From the NCBI GenBank assembly GCA_963766945.1, contig CAVYCT010000039.1, forward strand, positions 60,563 through 124,562: 64,000 bases of DNA, read 5' to 3'. The translations under genes and the position numbers were made by a program. This document shows positions 21,883 to 32,050 of this stretch, piece by piece. The notes under the pieces are model-generated. The model was not told the DNA's origin and searched no databases. It worked only from the letters and a program-made list of their open reading frames with translations. The DNA is from an uncultured Actinomycetota bacterium. GTDB taxonomy: Bacteria; Actinomycetota; Actinomycetes; Mycobacteriales; Mycobacteriaceae. Each line of letters opens with the position of its first letter. Within the stretch, counting starts at the first letter, position 1.

Positions 21883-21971
21883 CCGTCAAGCGGGCCGAGG
21901 GCCAGGCAGAATCGCGCCATTGATCGATGGTGACATTGACAAATGTCATCAGTTGATGCTGTACTTCGGCC

Positions 21972-22951
21972 GTGCTCAACGCCGAGCGAGGTTCGTTGCG
22001 ATCCCGCGGTGCCGCGACCGTCAGCAGCCTGACACTGCGGCAGATCTGCGCCGTGCTTCCGCATGAGCGGGCATGGGGCGTGTGGCTCTCCCGACAGATC
22101 GTGGCCCGCATCATGGACACGTTCGGCCCGTCGCTGGCGGGCACTCACGTCGAACGGGTCGACGTCGAAACGTCCGACGGCCGACGCGTCGTCGGTGAAT
22201 GGGTTTACGGCGCAGGCGTACAGCGCACCCATGCCGATACCGCCATCTACTTCATCCACGGCAGCGGCTACGCGTTGTGCTCACCGCGCACCCACCGACG
22301 CCTCACCGCGTGGCTCTCCCGGTTGACGGGGCTGCCGGTGTTCAGCATCGACTACCGGCTGGCACCCCGCTACCGATTCCCCACCGCCGCAGACGATGTC
22401 CGATCCGGCTGGGACTGGCTGATCGGTGACCTCGGCCTTGCGCCGGAGAAGATCGTGATCGCGGGCGACTCCGCGGGCGGGCATCTGGCCGTCGACCTGC
22501 TGCTGCAGCCCGACGTCGCGCATCCGGCCGCGGCGGTGCTGCATGTCACCACTGGTGGATCTGACGTTCGAGCTGGCCCGCTCCCGGGAACGGCTTCGCC
22601 GCGACCCGGCGATCCGCGCCCGAGATGCCGCCCGGCTGATCGGGTTGTACTGCGGTGACATGGATCTCGCTCACCCCCGGCTGACCCTCGACGTCGCGGG
22701 CGGGCGTCCGCTGCCGCCGACGCTCATCCATGCCGGCGGCGCCGAGATGCTCGCGGCCGACGCCGTCGCGCTGGCCGACGCCGTCCGCGCCGCCGGCGGG
22801 GATTGCGAACTGCAGGTCTGGCCGGATCAGGTGCATGTCTTCCAGGCGCTTCCGCGGTTGACTCCCGAGGCGGCGCCCGCCATGCGCGGGATCGCGGACT
22901 TTCATCACGCAGTCCTTGCGCGCCAACACCATCGACGAGGCAGCGGGGTAA
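21972..22951 (+). CDS. Alpha/beta hydrolase (HSL-like esterase), frameshifted
   Basis: HGSGY, DYRLAP, GDSAGG nucleophile, WPDQVHVF. Confidence 0.88.
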
Positions 22952-22956
22952 CGGTT

Positions 22957-23793
22957 GTGGGAATCTTCGGGTCATCGAACAAGCGCAGCCATCAAGCCGC
23001 CGCCGTCATCACCGGCGCGGGCAGCGGCATCGGCGCGGCCTTCGCCATCGAACTCGCCAACCGGGGCGGCCGCATCGTGTGCAGCGACATCGACGAGAAC
23101 GCCGCGCGCGCAACGGCCGACGCGATCAGCGCCGACGGTGGTCAGGCGCATCGCGCTGCGCTGCGACGTCTCGCAGCATCGACGACGTCGCAGCTGCTGG
23201 CCAACGAGGCGCAGGCCTGGTTCGGCGGGCCGCCGACGCTGGTGATCAACAACGCCGGCGTCGGCGCGGGCGGCCATCCGATCGGCGAGGTGAGCCTCGA
23301 CGACTGGAACTGGGTGCTCGACATCAACCTGTGGGGCCCGATCCACGGCTGCCACGTCTTCGCGCCGATCCTGCGGGAGGCCGGCTACGGCGGGCATCAT
23401 CAACGTCGCCTCGGCCGCGGCGTTCGGTGCGGCGCCGGGCATGGCGGCCTACAACGTCAGCAAGGCCGGCGTGCTGTCGCTTTCGGAGACCCTGGCCGCC
23501 GAAATGTCCGGCACCGGCGTGAACGTCACGGTGCTGTGCCCGACGTTCGTCAAGACCAACATCGTCGAAGCCGGCCGGATCACGGACAAGTCGACGCAGA
23601 TGGCCGACCGGCTGATGCGCTGGACCGGCTTCTCCCCCGAGCGGGTGGCCCGCACCTGCCTGGACACCCACGACCGCGGCGGCCTCTACTGCATGCCGCA
23701 ACCCGACGCCCGGATCGGCTGGGGCATCAAGCGTTTCACCCCGACGGTGTACACCCGCGCCGTCGGCCTCACCACGCGCGTCACGACCCCTAG
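22957..23793 (+). CDS. SDR family oxidoreductase, frameshifted
   Basis: ITGAGSGIG, NNAGVG, YNVSK, LCPTFVKTNI. Confidence 0.88.
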   Translation: MGIFGSSNKRSHQAAAVITGAGSGIGAAFAIELANRGGRIVCSDIDENAARATADAISADGGQAHRAALRRLAASTTSQLLANEAQAWFGGPPTLVINNAGVGAGGHPIGEVSLDDWNWVLDINLWGPIHGCHVFAPILREAGYGGHHQRRLGRGVRCGAGHGGLQRQQGRRAVAFGDPGRRNVRHRRERHGAVPDVRQDQHRRSRPDHGQVDADGRPADALDRLLPRAGGPHLPGHPRPRRPLLHAATRRPDRLGHQAFHPDGVHPRRRPHHARHDP

Positions 23794-23802
23794 GAGGATC
23801 CG

Positions 23803-24725
23803 ATGGCGATCGACATGGATGCGATGCTGGCGAAGATCAAGGACCGCCAGTGGGCACTGGCCGACATCGACTGGGACGCACCGGGCGCCGAGACGATCAC
23901 CGACGAGCAGCGCCCCAAGCTGAAGGCCTTCATGGCCGACCTGTGCTGGATCGAGAACATCGGTGCCCGCGGGTTCGCCGCGCTGGCCAAGAAGGCACCG
24001 ACGCCGACGATCGCCGAGATCTACCGCTACTTCCACGCCGAGGAGCAGCGCCACGCCAACGCCGAACTCGCGCTGATGAAGCGCTGGGGCATGCTCGACG
24101 ACGGCGAGGTGCCCGAGCCGAACATCAACATCCGGCTGGCCATCGACTGGCTGGACCGCTGGGCCGACGACATGCCGCTGTCGCTGCTCGGCACGGTGAT
24201 CCCGATGCTGGAGGTCGCCCTCGACGGCGCGCTGCTGAAGTTCCTGCTCGACGAGGTGTCACGACCCGGTGTGCCACCAGGTCTTCGAGAAGATCAACAA
24301 CGACGAGTCACGGCACCTCGTGGTCGATTTCGAGGTGCTCGACATGATCGGGCACGCCAAGATCCGACGGCTGTTGATCGACTTCGTCGGCCACAACGCC
24401 ACCCCTGGCCTCATCATCGGCGCGGTGATGGGTGCACCGCTGATCAACAGGATCCGCAACGAGATCGCCGCCATGGGCATGGAGCCGGAGCGGCTGTACA
24501 GGGCCGTGAAGCGATTCAAGGAACTCGGCGATCGCGGCGAATCGCACCCGGCGGGTACCGACGTACCGGTTCCTGAGGCGCTACGCCGGAGTGGTCACCA
24601 ACCCGCGTCACCCGTACCACCTGCTTGCCAACTCGATGGTCTGGCTGTCCGACCGGTACCCGCGGCCGCTGCTGCCGTCCGTACCGACCTGGGTCAACGA
24701 GGTCACCCACGAGCCGGCGGCCTGA
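23803..24725 (+). CDS. Ferritin-like diiron protein (AurF/desaturase-like fold), frameshifted
   Basis: WIENIG...EEQRH...LEVALD...DESRH diiron ligand pattern; AGGAGG RBS. Confidence 0.78.
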
Positions 24726-24726
24726 C

Positions 24727-26228
24727 ATGGCCACATCGACATCTACGACACGATCATCGTCGGCGCCGGTTTCACCGGCATCGGTGCGGCGATCAAACTC
24801 GCCGAGGCCGGCGTCGACGACTTCGTCATTCTGGAACGCTCCGATCGCGTCGGCGGGACATGGCGGGACAACACGTATCCCGGTGCGGCGTGCGATGTCC
24901 CGTCGCTGCTGTACTCCTACTCGTTCGTCAAGAACCCGTCCTGGTCGCGCGCCTACTCCCCCGCCGACGAGATCTGCCGCCACATCGAGGACATGGTCGG
25001 CAATTCCGGCCTGGAACCCAGGATCCAGTTCGGCGTCGAGGTCAACGAGCTGGTCTTCGACGAAACCCAGGGCATCTGGACCCTGAAGGCCAAGGGCCGC
25101 AAGAAGTTCCAGGCCCGCACCGTCGTGATGGCGTCCGGGCCGCTGCCCGACCACAAATGGCCCGACATTCGCGGCCTCGACACCTACGAGGGCCACAAGA
25201 TCCACAGTGCCCGCTGGGACCACGACTACGACTTCACCGGCAAGCGGGTCGCGGTCATCGGCACCGGTGCCAGCGCGGTGCAGATCGTGCCCGAACTGGT
25301 CAAGCAGGCCGAGTTCGTCAAGGTCTTCCAGCGCACACCCGGCTGGGTGCTGCCACGACTGGATGGCGCCACGCCCGCCGCGGCCAAGACGCTGTTCGCC
25401 AAAGTGCCTGCCGCTCAAGAGCTTGCGCGGCAGGCGCTGTTCTGGGGCCACGAGGTCACCGCAACGGCGATGGTGTGGGACACGCCGCTGACCGGGCTGG
25501 TCGCCCGGCTGGGCAAGGCGCACCTGCGCAGGGCGGTCAAGGATCCGTGGCTGCGCCGTCAGCTCACGCCGGACTTCAGGCCGGGCTGCAAGCGGATGCT
25601 GGTCTCCAGCGACTACTACCCCGCGCTGCAGCGCGACAACTGCAAGCTCATCGACTGGCCGATCGCGACGGTCAGCCCCGTCGGCATCCGCACCAGCGAC
25701 GGCGTCGAGCACCATCTGGACTGCATCGTCTTCGCCACCGGCTACGACGTGCACCTGACCGGGCCGCCCTACCCGGTCACCGGAATCGGCGGCCGCTCGC
25801 TGGCCGACGAGTGGGCCGCCGGCGCACAGGCCTACAAGAGCATCAACGCCCACGGCTACCCCAACCTGTTCTTGATGACCGGACCCAACTCGGGCCCAGG
25901 GCACAACTCGCTGCTGGTCTACGTCGAGGGTCAGCTCGACTACGCGGTGCGCGGCATCACCACCATCCTCGGTGAGAACCTGCGCTACCTGGATGTGCGC
26001 GCCGACGTCCAGCGGCGCTACAACGAGCGCATCCAGAAGCGGCTGACCAAGACGACCTGGATGTCGGGCTGCAGCAGCTGGTACCTGACCGCCGACGGGT
26101 TCAACGCATCGATGTACCCCGGATTCGCCACGCAGTATCTTCGACAGATGCGGGACTTCCGGTTCGCGGATTACGTCGCGGTCGAGCAGGACGCGCGCGT
26201 CGGCGGCGGTGCCCGCACAAGCGCATGA
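24727..26228 (+). CDS. Flavin-containing (Baeyer-Villiger-type) monooxygenase
   Basis: IIVGAGFTG, GGTWRDNTYPGAACDVPS, YEGHKIHSARWD, VIGTGASAVQ, FATGY. Confidence 0.92.
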
Positions 26229-27175
26229 CCGCCAAGCCTGACAGCCGCCGCCGCGGCCGCAGGCGGGTGCGATCTCGACGATCCTCAAGGGTTTGCGCCG
26301 CCGGGTGCGACGCAGATCGCGCGACGTCATCGAGACCGCAGTGTCACAGTTGTTCGACGCGGCGGTGGGTCACCCGCACGGAACGGCGGCGTCGGGCGAG
26401 TACCGGATCGACGACCTCGCGCGGCTGGCGGGCACGACGACCCGAAACATCCGCGTCTACCGCGACCGCGGACTGTTGCATCCGCCGCTGCGCGTCGGCC
26501 GGCTCGCGCTCTTCAACGACACCCATCTCACCCGGCTTGCGGTTGATCACCTCGATGCTCGACCGCGGCTACAACATCGCGCATGTCCGCGAGATGCTCA
26601 GCGCCTGGGAGCAGGGCAAGGATCTCGGCGACGTGCTGGGCCTCGAGACCGCGATCGCCGGAACGTGGGCCGCGGAGAAGCCGACGACGATGGCGATCGC
26701 CGAGGCGAAGCGGCTGATCGCCGACGAGCACGCGTTCGAGCGGCTCGTCGGCTCGGGGCTGATCCGCATCGAGGAGGACGGTCTGGAGGCGACCGTCATG
26801 CGGCCCAAGCTGATCGAGGCCTTCAACGACGTCCGCGAATACGGCTTCACCATCGACAAGCTCATCGACATCCACGAGCAGGTGCTGCCGCTGGTGAATC
26901 AGATCAGCTCAATCTTGGTGCAGGCGGGCGCCGAACACGTGCAGGACCGGATCAAACCCGGCGAGGCGCTGCCGGACGACACCCAGGTCGCCGAACTCAT
27001 CACGATGCTGGTTCAGTTCCGGACCCAGGCGGTGGCGGCGGTCACCGCCACGTTGGCCTCGTCGATCGAGACGACGATCGAGGAGTTGGTCAGCCGGATA
27101 CTCGCCGAGTACGTGGAGAAGGCGTCCGACCCTACGACGAGCCGCCGCCCGTTGTTCTGGCGATGCCCCGGATGA
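26225..27175 (+). CDS. MerR-family transcriptional regulator, frameshifted
   Basis: YRIDDLARLAGTTTRNIRVYRDRGLLHPP HTH; ATGA coupling to the monooxygenase. Confidence 0.85.
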   Translation: MTAKPDSRRRGRRRVRSRRSSRVCAAGCDADRATSSRPQCHSCSTRRWVTRTERRRRASTGSTTSRGWRARRPETSASTATADCCIRRCASAGSRSSTTPISPGLRLITSMLDRGYNIAHVREMLSAWEQGKDLGDVLGLETAIAGTWAAEKPTTMAIAEAKRLIADEHAFERLVGSGLIRIEEDGLEATVMRPKLIEAFNDVREYGFTIDKLIDIHEQVLPLVNQISSILVQAGAEHVQDRIKPGEALPDDTQVAELITMLVQFRTQAVAAVTATLASSIETTIEELVSRILAEYVEKASDPTTSRRPLFWRCPG

Positions 27176-27989
27176 CTCGAAGCCGGCCTTCGGCCAGCGC
27201 GCCTGCCAGGTTTCCGGCTTTCTCGGCGAAGTCGCTGACGAAGTTGTGCAGCCCAAGAGGAGCGGGGGCTGCGCCAGCAGCATCTGCATCACTGTGGCGG
27301 CCTGATCGGTGAGATCCTCCGCACCTCGCGATCGCGAACCCCGCCGACTCCACGGCCGCCCTCAACTGCTCGGAGGTGACCAAATGGCTCCGTTGGGGAA
27401 TGTCAGCCCACGGTAGTGGATAGTCCGGCTCACCACCGCGGCCAATGACGATGTCCCACAACACGAGCCGTCCGCCCTGACCAACACCCGGCTCGCTTCG
27501 CCGGAAATGGCGGCTTTGTCGAAGACGTTCATCTGAACGTGTTGACTCACCACGACGTCGAAGCCGGCGTCGGCAAACGGCAGGGCCGTGATGTCCGCCT
27601 GTCGAATGACGATCCGATCGTCGAGTCCGACGAGTCGGTTGAGCCAATCGCGATGTTTGGAGAACTCCCCGGTCAGATCTACAGCGGTCACGTGGCAGCC
27701 GTAGCGGTCGGCAATGAAGCGCGAGGTGCCGCCGATACCACAGCCCGCATCGAGGACCCTTGTGGCGCTCGAGATGTCGACCAGTTCGATCAGCTCTTTG
27801 GTGGCCATGCGGCCGATCGTGTGGAAGTCCTCGAGCACTGCGAGGTCCGAGGACTCGAAGGTGCTCGATGTCCTTTCCCGCGGCGGAGAGTGCCTTTTCG
27901 ATGTTGCGGCGCGAGAGACCGGTCGAGTACTGGTCACGGATTACGTTGTCGTTTACCACCGGACCAACTCCCGTCATTTCATCGATCAT
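27132..27989 (-). CDS. Class I SAM-dependent methyltransferase, frameshifted
   Basis: EDFHTIGR, VLDAGCGIGGTSR, AVDLT, LPFADAGFDVV, YPLPWA. Confidence 0.83.
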   Translation of the reverse strand: MIDEMTGVGPVVNDNVIRDQYSTGLSRRNIEKALSAAGKDIEHLRVLGPRSARGLPHDRPHGHQRADRTGRHLERHKGPRCGLWYRRHLALHCRPLRLPRDRCRSDRGVLQTSRLAQPTRRTRRSDRHSTGGHHGPAVCRRRLRRRGESTRSDERLRQSRHFRRSEPGVGQGGRLVLWDIVIGRGGEPDYPLPWADIPQRSHLVTSEQLRAAVESAGFAIARCGGSHRSGRHSDADAAGAAPAPLGLHNFVSDFAEKAGNLAGALAEGRLRVIRGIARTTGGGSS

Positions 27990-28091
27990 GCATTTCTACG
28001 CCAATGTGACCATTGGTCACTTATTGGTTGCGAGTATGCGACCTTAAAGTGACCGCTGTCAACATCGCATTTGGCGTGAGATCGTGAGGGG

Positions 28092-28742
28092 ATGAGTTCA
28101 GTCGGCGCTGACCAATCCGACAAGAAGGGCTACCACCACGGTGATCTGCGCGCAGCCCTGGTCGCGGCCAGCATCGTGCTGGCCCGGGAGGGTGGCCCCG
28201 ATCGGGTGGTTCTGCGGGAAGCCGCCCGTGCGGCCGGCGTTTCACACTCGGCCGCGTACCGTCATTTCGCTGACCGCGAGGCCCTGCTTGCGGCGGTGGC
28301 TCGGCACGCACGTGCTGAGCTCGCCGCCGAGATGCGTCGACGGGTGAACCGTGTGAGCGATCCCCTAAAACGCCTGCGGGCCGTTGGCGATGCCTACATT
28401 CATTTCGCCATGACCCAACCGGGACTGTTTCGCACCGCGTTCACGTCAGATTCGGCGACGTCGCGCGGTGAGGATGCCCGGACGGCCGGCCCTCGAGGTG
28501 AATCACCCGACGTCGCTGAGCCGTTCGACATACTTGGTGAAGTGCTCGACGCCGCGCAGGAGGCGGGTCTCGTTCACCCTCGCCGAAGATCGGGTGCGGA
28601 GATCGCGGTGTGGTCCGCGGTCCACGGCCTTGCCTGTCTCCTGCTCGACGGACCGCTGCCGGCCGACTCCGCAGGCGTCAAATTCGCCACCAAGCAAGTG
28701 TTCGCGCTCATCGAACACGGTCTGTTGAACGCCAACGGCTGA
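28092..28742 (+). CDS. TetR/AcrR family regulator (WHG-type C-terminus)
   Basis: YHHGDLRAALV, LREAARAAGVSHSAAYRHF, WSAVHG. Confidence 0.92.
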   Translation: MSSVGADQSDKKGYHHGDLRAALVAASIVLAREGGPDRVVLREAARAAGVSHSAAYRHFADREALLAAVARHARAELAAEMRRRVNRVSDPLKRLRAVGDAYIHFAMTQPGLFRTAFTSDSATSRGEDARTAGPRGESPDVAEPFDILGEVLDAAQEAGLVHPRRRSGAEIAVWSAVHGLACLLLDGPLPADSAGVKFATKQVFALIEHGLLNANG

Positions 28743-30302
28743 TCATTCCCACTCGATGGTGCCGGGCGGCTTGCTGGTGACGTCGAGCACCACGCGGTTG
28801 ACCTCGGGGACTTCGTTGGTGATGCGGGTGGAGATGCGTTCCAGGACTTCATAGGGCACCCGCGTCCAGTCCGCGGTCATCGCGTCCTCGCTCGAAACCG
28901 GGCGCAGCACGATCGGGTGGCCATAGGTGCGCCCGTCGCCCTGTACGCCGACCGACCGGATGTCGGCAAGCAGCACCACCGGGCATTGCCATATCTGGTT
29001 GTCCAGGCCGGCCGAGGTCAGTTCCTCGCGGGCGATCGCGTCCGCGCGCCGCAGGGTGTCCAGCCGCTCGGCGGTGACCTCGCCGACGATCCGGATGCCC
29101 AGGCCAGGGCCCGGGAATGGTTGGCGCGCAACGATTTCCTCGGGCAGTCCGAGCTCGCGGCCGACCGCGCGCACCTCGTCCTTGAACAGCAGCCGTAGCG
29201 GCTCGACGAGTTTGAACTTCAGGTCGTCGGGCAGGCCCCCGACGTTGTGGTGGCTCTTGATGTTTGCCGTGCCCGACCCGCCGCCGGACTCCACCACGTC
29301 GGGGTACAGCGTGCCCTGCACCAGAAAGTCGACCTCAGAACCACTGTCACCCACGATATCTCGGACCGCGCCCTCGAATGCGCGGATGAACTGCCTGCCG
29401 ATGATCTTGCGCTTGCCCTCGGGGTTGGTGACCCCGGCGAGTGCCTCGAGGAACCGGTCGGCGACGTCGACGGTGACCAGGTTCGCCCCGGTGGCGGCGA
29501 CGAAATCGCGCTGGACCTGGCCCCGCTCCCCCTCACGCAGCAGCCCGTGGTCGACGAAAACACAGGTCAGCCGGTCGCCGATGGCGCGCTGCACCAGTGC
29601 GGCAGCCACCGCGGAGTCCACCCCGCCGGACAACCCGCAGATCGCCCGCCCGTTGCCGATCTGGTCGCGCACCTGATCGACCAGCGCGTCGGCGATGTTG
29701 GCCGGCGTCCACGTCGAGTCGATCCCGGCGAACTCGTGGAGGAACCGGCTGAGCACCTGCTGCCCGTGCGGGGTGTGCATCACCTCGGGGTGGTACTGCA
29801 CGCCCGCCAGCCGCCGGTCCCGGTTCTCGAACCCGGCGACGGGTGCGCCGGAACTCACCGCCACCACCTCGAAACCGTCCGGCGCGGCGGTGACCGCGTC
29901 GCCGTGGCTCATCCACACCGGCTGCGTGGCGGGGAGATCGGAATGAAGTTGTCCGCCAGTCACACTCAGCTCGGTGCGGCCGTACTCGCTGGTGCCCGTG
30001 CGGGCGACGGTTCCCCCGAGCGCCTGCGCCATCGCCTGGAAGCCGTAGCAGATGCCGAACACCGGGATCCCGAGGTCGAACACCGCCGGGTTCAGCTGCG
30101 GTGCGCCCTCCTCGTAGACGCTGGCCGGGCCGCCGGACAGCACGATGGCCTGAGGATCGCGGGCCTTGATCTCCTCGACGCTGGCCGTGTGCGGGATCAC
30201 CTCGGAAAACACCCGTGCCTCGCGGACCCGTCGCGCAATCAGTTGCGCGTACTGCGCGCCGAAGTCGATGACCAATACGGGCCGGGGGGATCCTGATGTC
30301 AC
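28743..30302 (-). CDS. guaA: GMP synthase (glutamine-hydrolysing)
   Basis: [46 protein letters not shown]. Confidence 0.98.
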   Translation of the reverse strand: MTSGSPRPVLVIDFGAQYAQLIARRVREARVFSEVIPHTASVEEIKARDPQAIVLSGGPASVYEEGAPQLNPAVFDLGIPVFGICYGFQAMAQALGGTVARTGTSEYGRTELSVTGGQLHSDLPATQPVWMSHGDAVTAAPDGFEVVAVSSGAPVAGFENRDRRLAGVQYHPEVMHTPHGQQVLSRFLHEFAGIDSTWTPANIADALVDQVRDQIGNGRAICGLSGGVDSAVAAALVQRAIGDRLTCVFVDHGLLREGERGQVQRDFVAATGANLVTVDVADRFLEALAGVTNPEGKRKIIGRQFIRAFEGAVRDIVGDSGSEVDFLVQGTLYPDVVESGGGSGTANIKSHHNVGGLPDDLKFKLVEPLRLLFKDEVRAVGRELGLPEEIVARQPFPGPGLGIRIVGEVTAERLDTLRRADAIAREELTSAGLDNQIWQCPVVLLADIRSVGVQGDGRTYGHPIVLRPVSSEDAMTADWTRVPYEVLERISTRITNEVPEVNRVVLDVTSKPPGTIEWE

Positions 30303-30331
30303 CTGGCTATTCTAGTTGGCATCGCGCCGGG

Positions 30332-30742
30332 TCAGACGTGCAGCGCGACAAACGGCCCAAAATCCAAGTTACGCATCACAAACCACGCCAGGGTCACCAC
30401 CAGCGCGGCGGGGGCCGACCATCGCAGGTGCTGCCAGCTACGCACCCGCCTGCCGGCCAGCCTGCCGTACACCCAAACGGCGTACGCCCACAGCAGCAGC
30501 ACCATCGCCACCACGCCGAGCGCGTTGAACCGGATCGCCGAAGTCACATCGAGGTGCAGCAGCGAGTAGATCATCCGCAGGCTGCCGCAGCCAGGGCAGT
30601 CGATACCCAGCAGGGCCTTGGTCGGGCATACGGGAAGGACCCCGCCGGGCACCGTCGGGTCGGCCATCCAGATGACCGCGCACCCACCCACCGCGGCAGC
30701 AGCGACTGCCAGCGGAGGGGTGAGCGAGCGGATGTGCATCAC
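30332..30742 (-). CDS. DUF2752 membrane protein
   Basis: CPTKALLGIDCPGCGSLR motif; GTGA overlap with upstream gene. Confidence 0.88.
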   Translation of the reverse strand: MMHIRSLTPPLAVAAAAVGGCAVIWMADPTVPGGVLPVCPTKALLGIDCPGCGSLRMIYSLLHLDVTSAIRFNALGVVAMVLLLWAYAVWVYGRLAGRRVRSWQHLRWSAPAALVVTLAWFVMRNLDFGPFVALHV

Positions 30743-31065
30743 ATGCCGTACATCGACATGCCACCTGCGAAGACGATGATGGCGTAGATGATTCCGACGA
30801 TGACGCCTGCGACGGCACCCCAGATCGCCCACTTCTTGGCTTCGTCGGATGCCTTTTGCGCCTCTGCGTACAGACCCTGCGCCCACAGGCCCGACACCTT
30901 GCTGGCTTGGATGATCGACACGATGCCGAACGGCAAGCAGCACAGCACCGTAACGAGAATTCCCCACACCAGGTTGCTGTCGGGTTGTTGAGTGGGGTAA
31001 CCGCCGGGTTGGGGCGCACCGTAACCCGGGGGCGGCGGAGGCGGAGGCGTGGGCGGATAGGTCAT
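30739..31065 (-). CDS. CD225/dispanin family membrane protein
   Basis: Pro-rich N-terminus, NLVWGILVTVLCCLPFGIVSI, AQKASDEAKKW. Confidence 0.88.
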   Translation of the reverse strand: MTYPPTPPPPPPPGYGAPQPGGYPTQQPDSNLVWGILVTVLCCLPFGIVSIIQASKVSGLWAQGLYAEAQKASDEAKKWAIWGAVAGVIVGIIYAIIVFAGGMSMYGM

Positions 31066-31361
31066 GTGGTGTCCCTTTTCTCGAGTAGCACCCGTGCGGT
31101 TTGCATGCACCGACGGCAAGCCAGCCCAATATAGGTCACCGGTTTGCTGCGTACGCCGAATTCGGCTCATCGCCGCCAGAGCACGCAAACGCCGTCCCCA
31201 CTGAGTCCCATTGCCCGGATGAAGGTCTCGTTGTCGAAGCCCGGCAGCCGCTGCAAGCGAGGCAGGAAACTCGAATCGAACTGCGCGCCAAGCGCCCAAC
31301 GGAACCGGGTCCCATCGTCGACCATCGGGTGATCAGTGTCATCACCCATCGAGCTGGGCTG

Positions 31362-32021
31362 TTACGCCATCTGTTTGGTCTCGGGCAGTCCGCCGGTCGC
31401 CTCGAAGACGATCCTCCTGCCGATCTCAACGGCGTGATCGGCGAACCGTTCGTAATAGCGGCCGAGCAGAGCCACGTCGACCGCGGAGCAGACCCCGTCC
31501 TGCCATTTGTGGTCGATCAGCAGGGTGAAAAGGTGCTGGTGCTCGGCGTCCACCGCGTCGTCCTCATCGCGCAGTCGTGCGGCCTGATCGGGATCGCGCG
31601 ACCGCAACACTTCCTGCGCCCTTCTGGCCAATTCGACTGCCTTGGAGCCCATCTCGGTGAAGCTTGCGCGCACATCGTCGGGCAGGGCGGACTCGGGATG
31701 CCGTAGCCGCGAGATTCTCGCGACGTGGACGGCCAGCGCGCCCATTCGTTCGATGTCGGCGCCGATGTGGATCGAGGCGACGACCGTTCTCAGATCACCG
31801 GCGACCGGTTGTTGCAAGGCGAGGAGCTTGAGCGCGATCTCCTCGGCGCGACGGCTCAGCGCCGTGACGTGCTCATGATCGGCGATGACCTGTTCGGCGA
31901 GCGACAACTCGGCGTCGAGGAGGGCTTCGGTGGCATGCTCCATCGCGACCGCAGCAAGCCCGCACATATCGGCCAGCCGATCCGACAGCCCCGATAACTC
32001 CTCGTGAAACGTGGTCCGCAC
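31362..32021 (-). CDS. phoU: Phosphate signalling protein PhoU/PhoY paralog
   Basis: [44 protein letters not shown]. Confidence 0.92.
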   Translation of the reverse strand: MRTTFHEELSGLSDRLADMCGLAAVAMEHATEALLDAELSLAEQVIADHEHVTALSRRAEEIALKLLALQQPVAGDLRTVVASIHIGADIERMGALAVHVARISRLRHPESALPDDVRASFTEMGSKAVELARRAQEVLRSRDPDQAARLRDEDDAVDAEHQHLFTLLIDHKWQDGVCSAVDVALLGRYYERFADHAVEIGRRIVFEATGGLPETKQMA

Positions 32022-32050
32022 CGCATGTAGGTACCCGCACACTAGAGGTT

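Noticed and set aside
11617-23793. Apparent DUF899-SRPBCC, acrA1-iunH and esterase-SDR fusions
   Set aside because: Each joins through an out-of-frame linker, and separate native stops and starts are visible
31070-31360. About 290 bp intergenic gap as an sRNA or riboswitch
   Set aside because: No recognisable motif or convincing terminator; a covariance-model search would be needed
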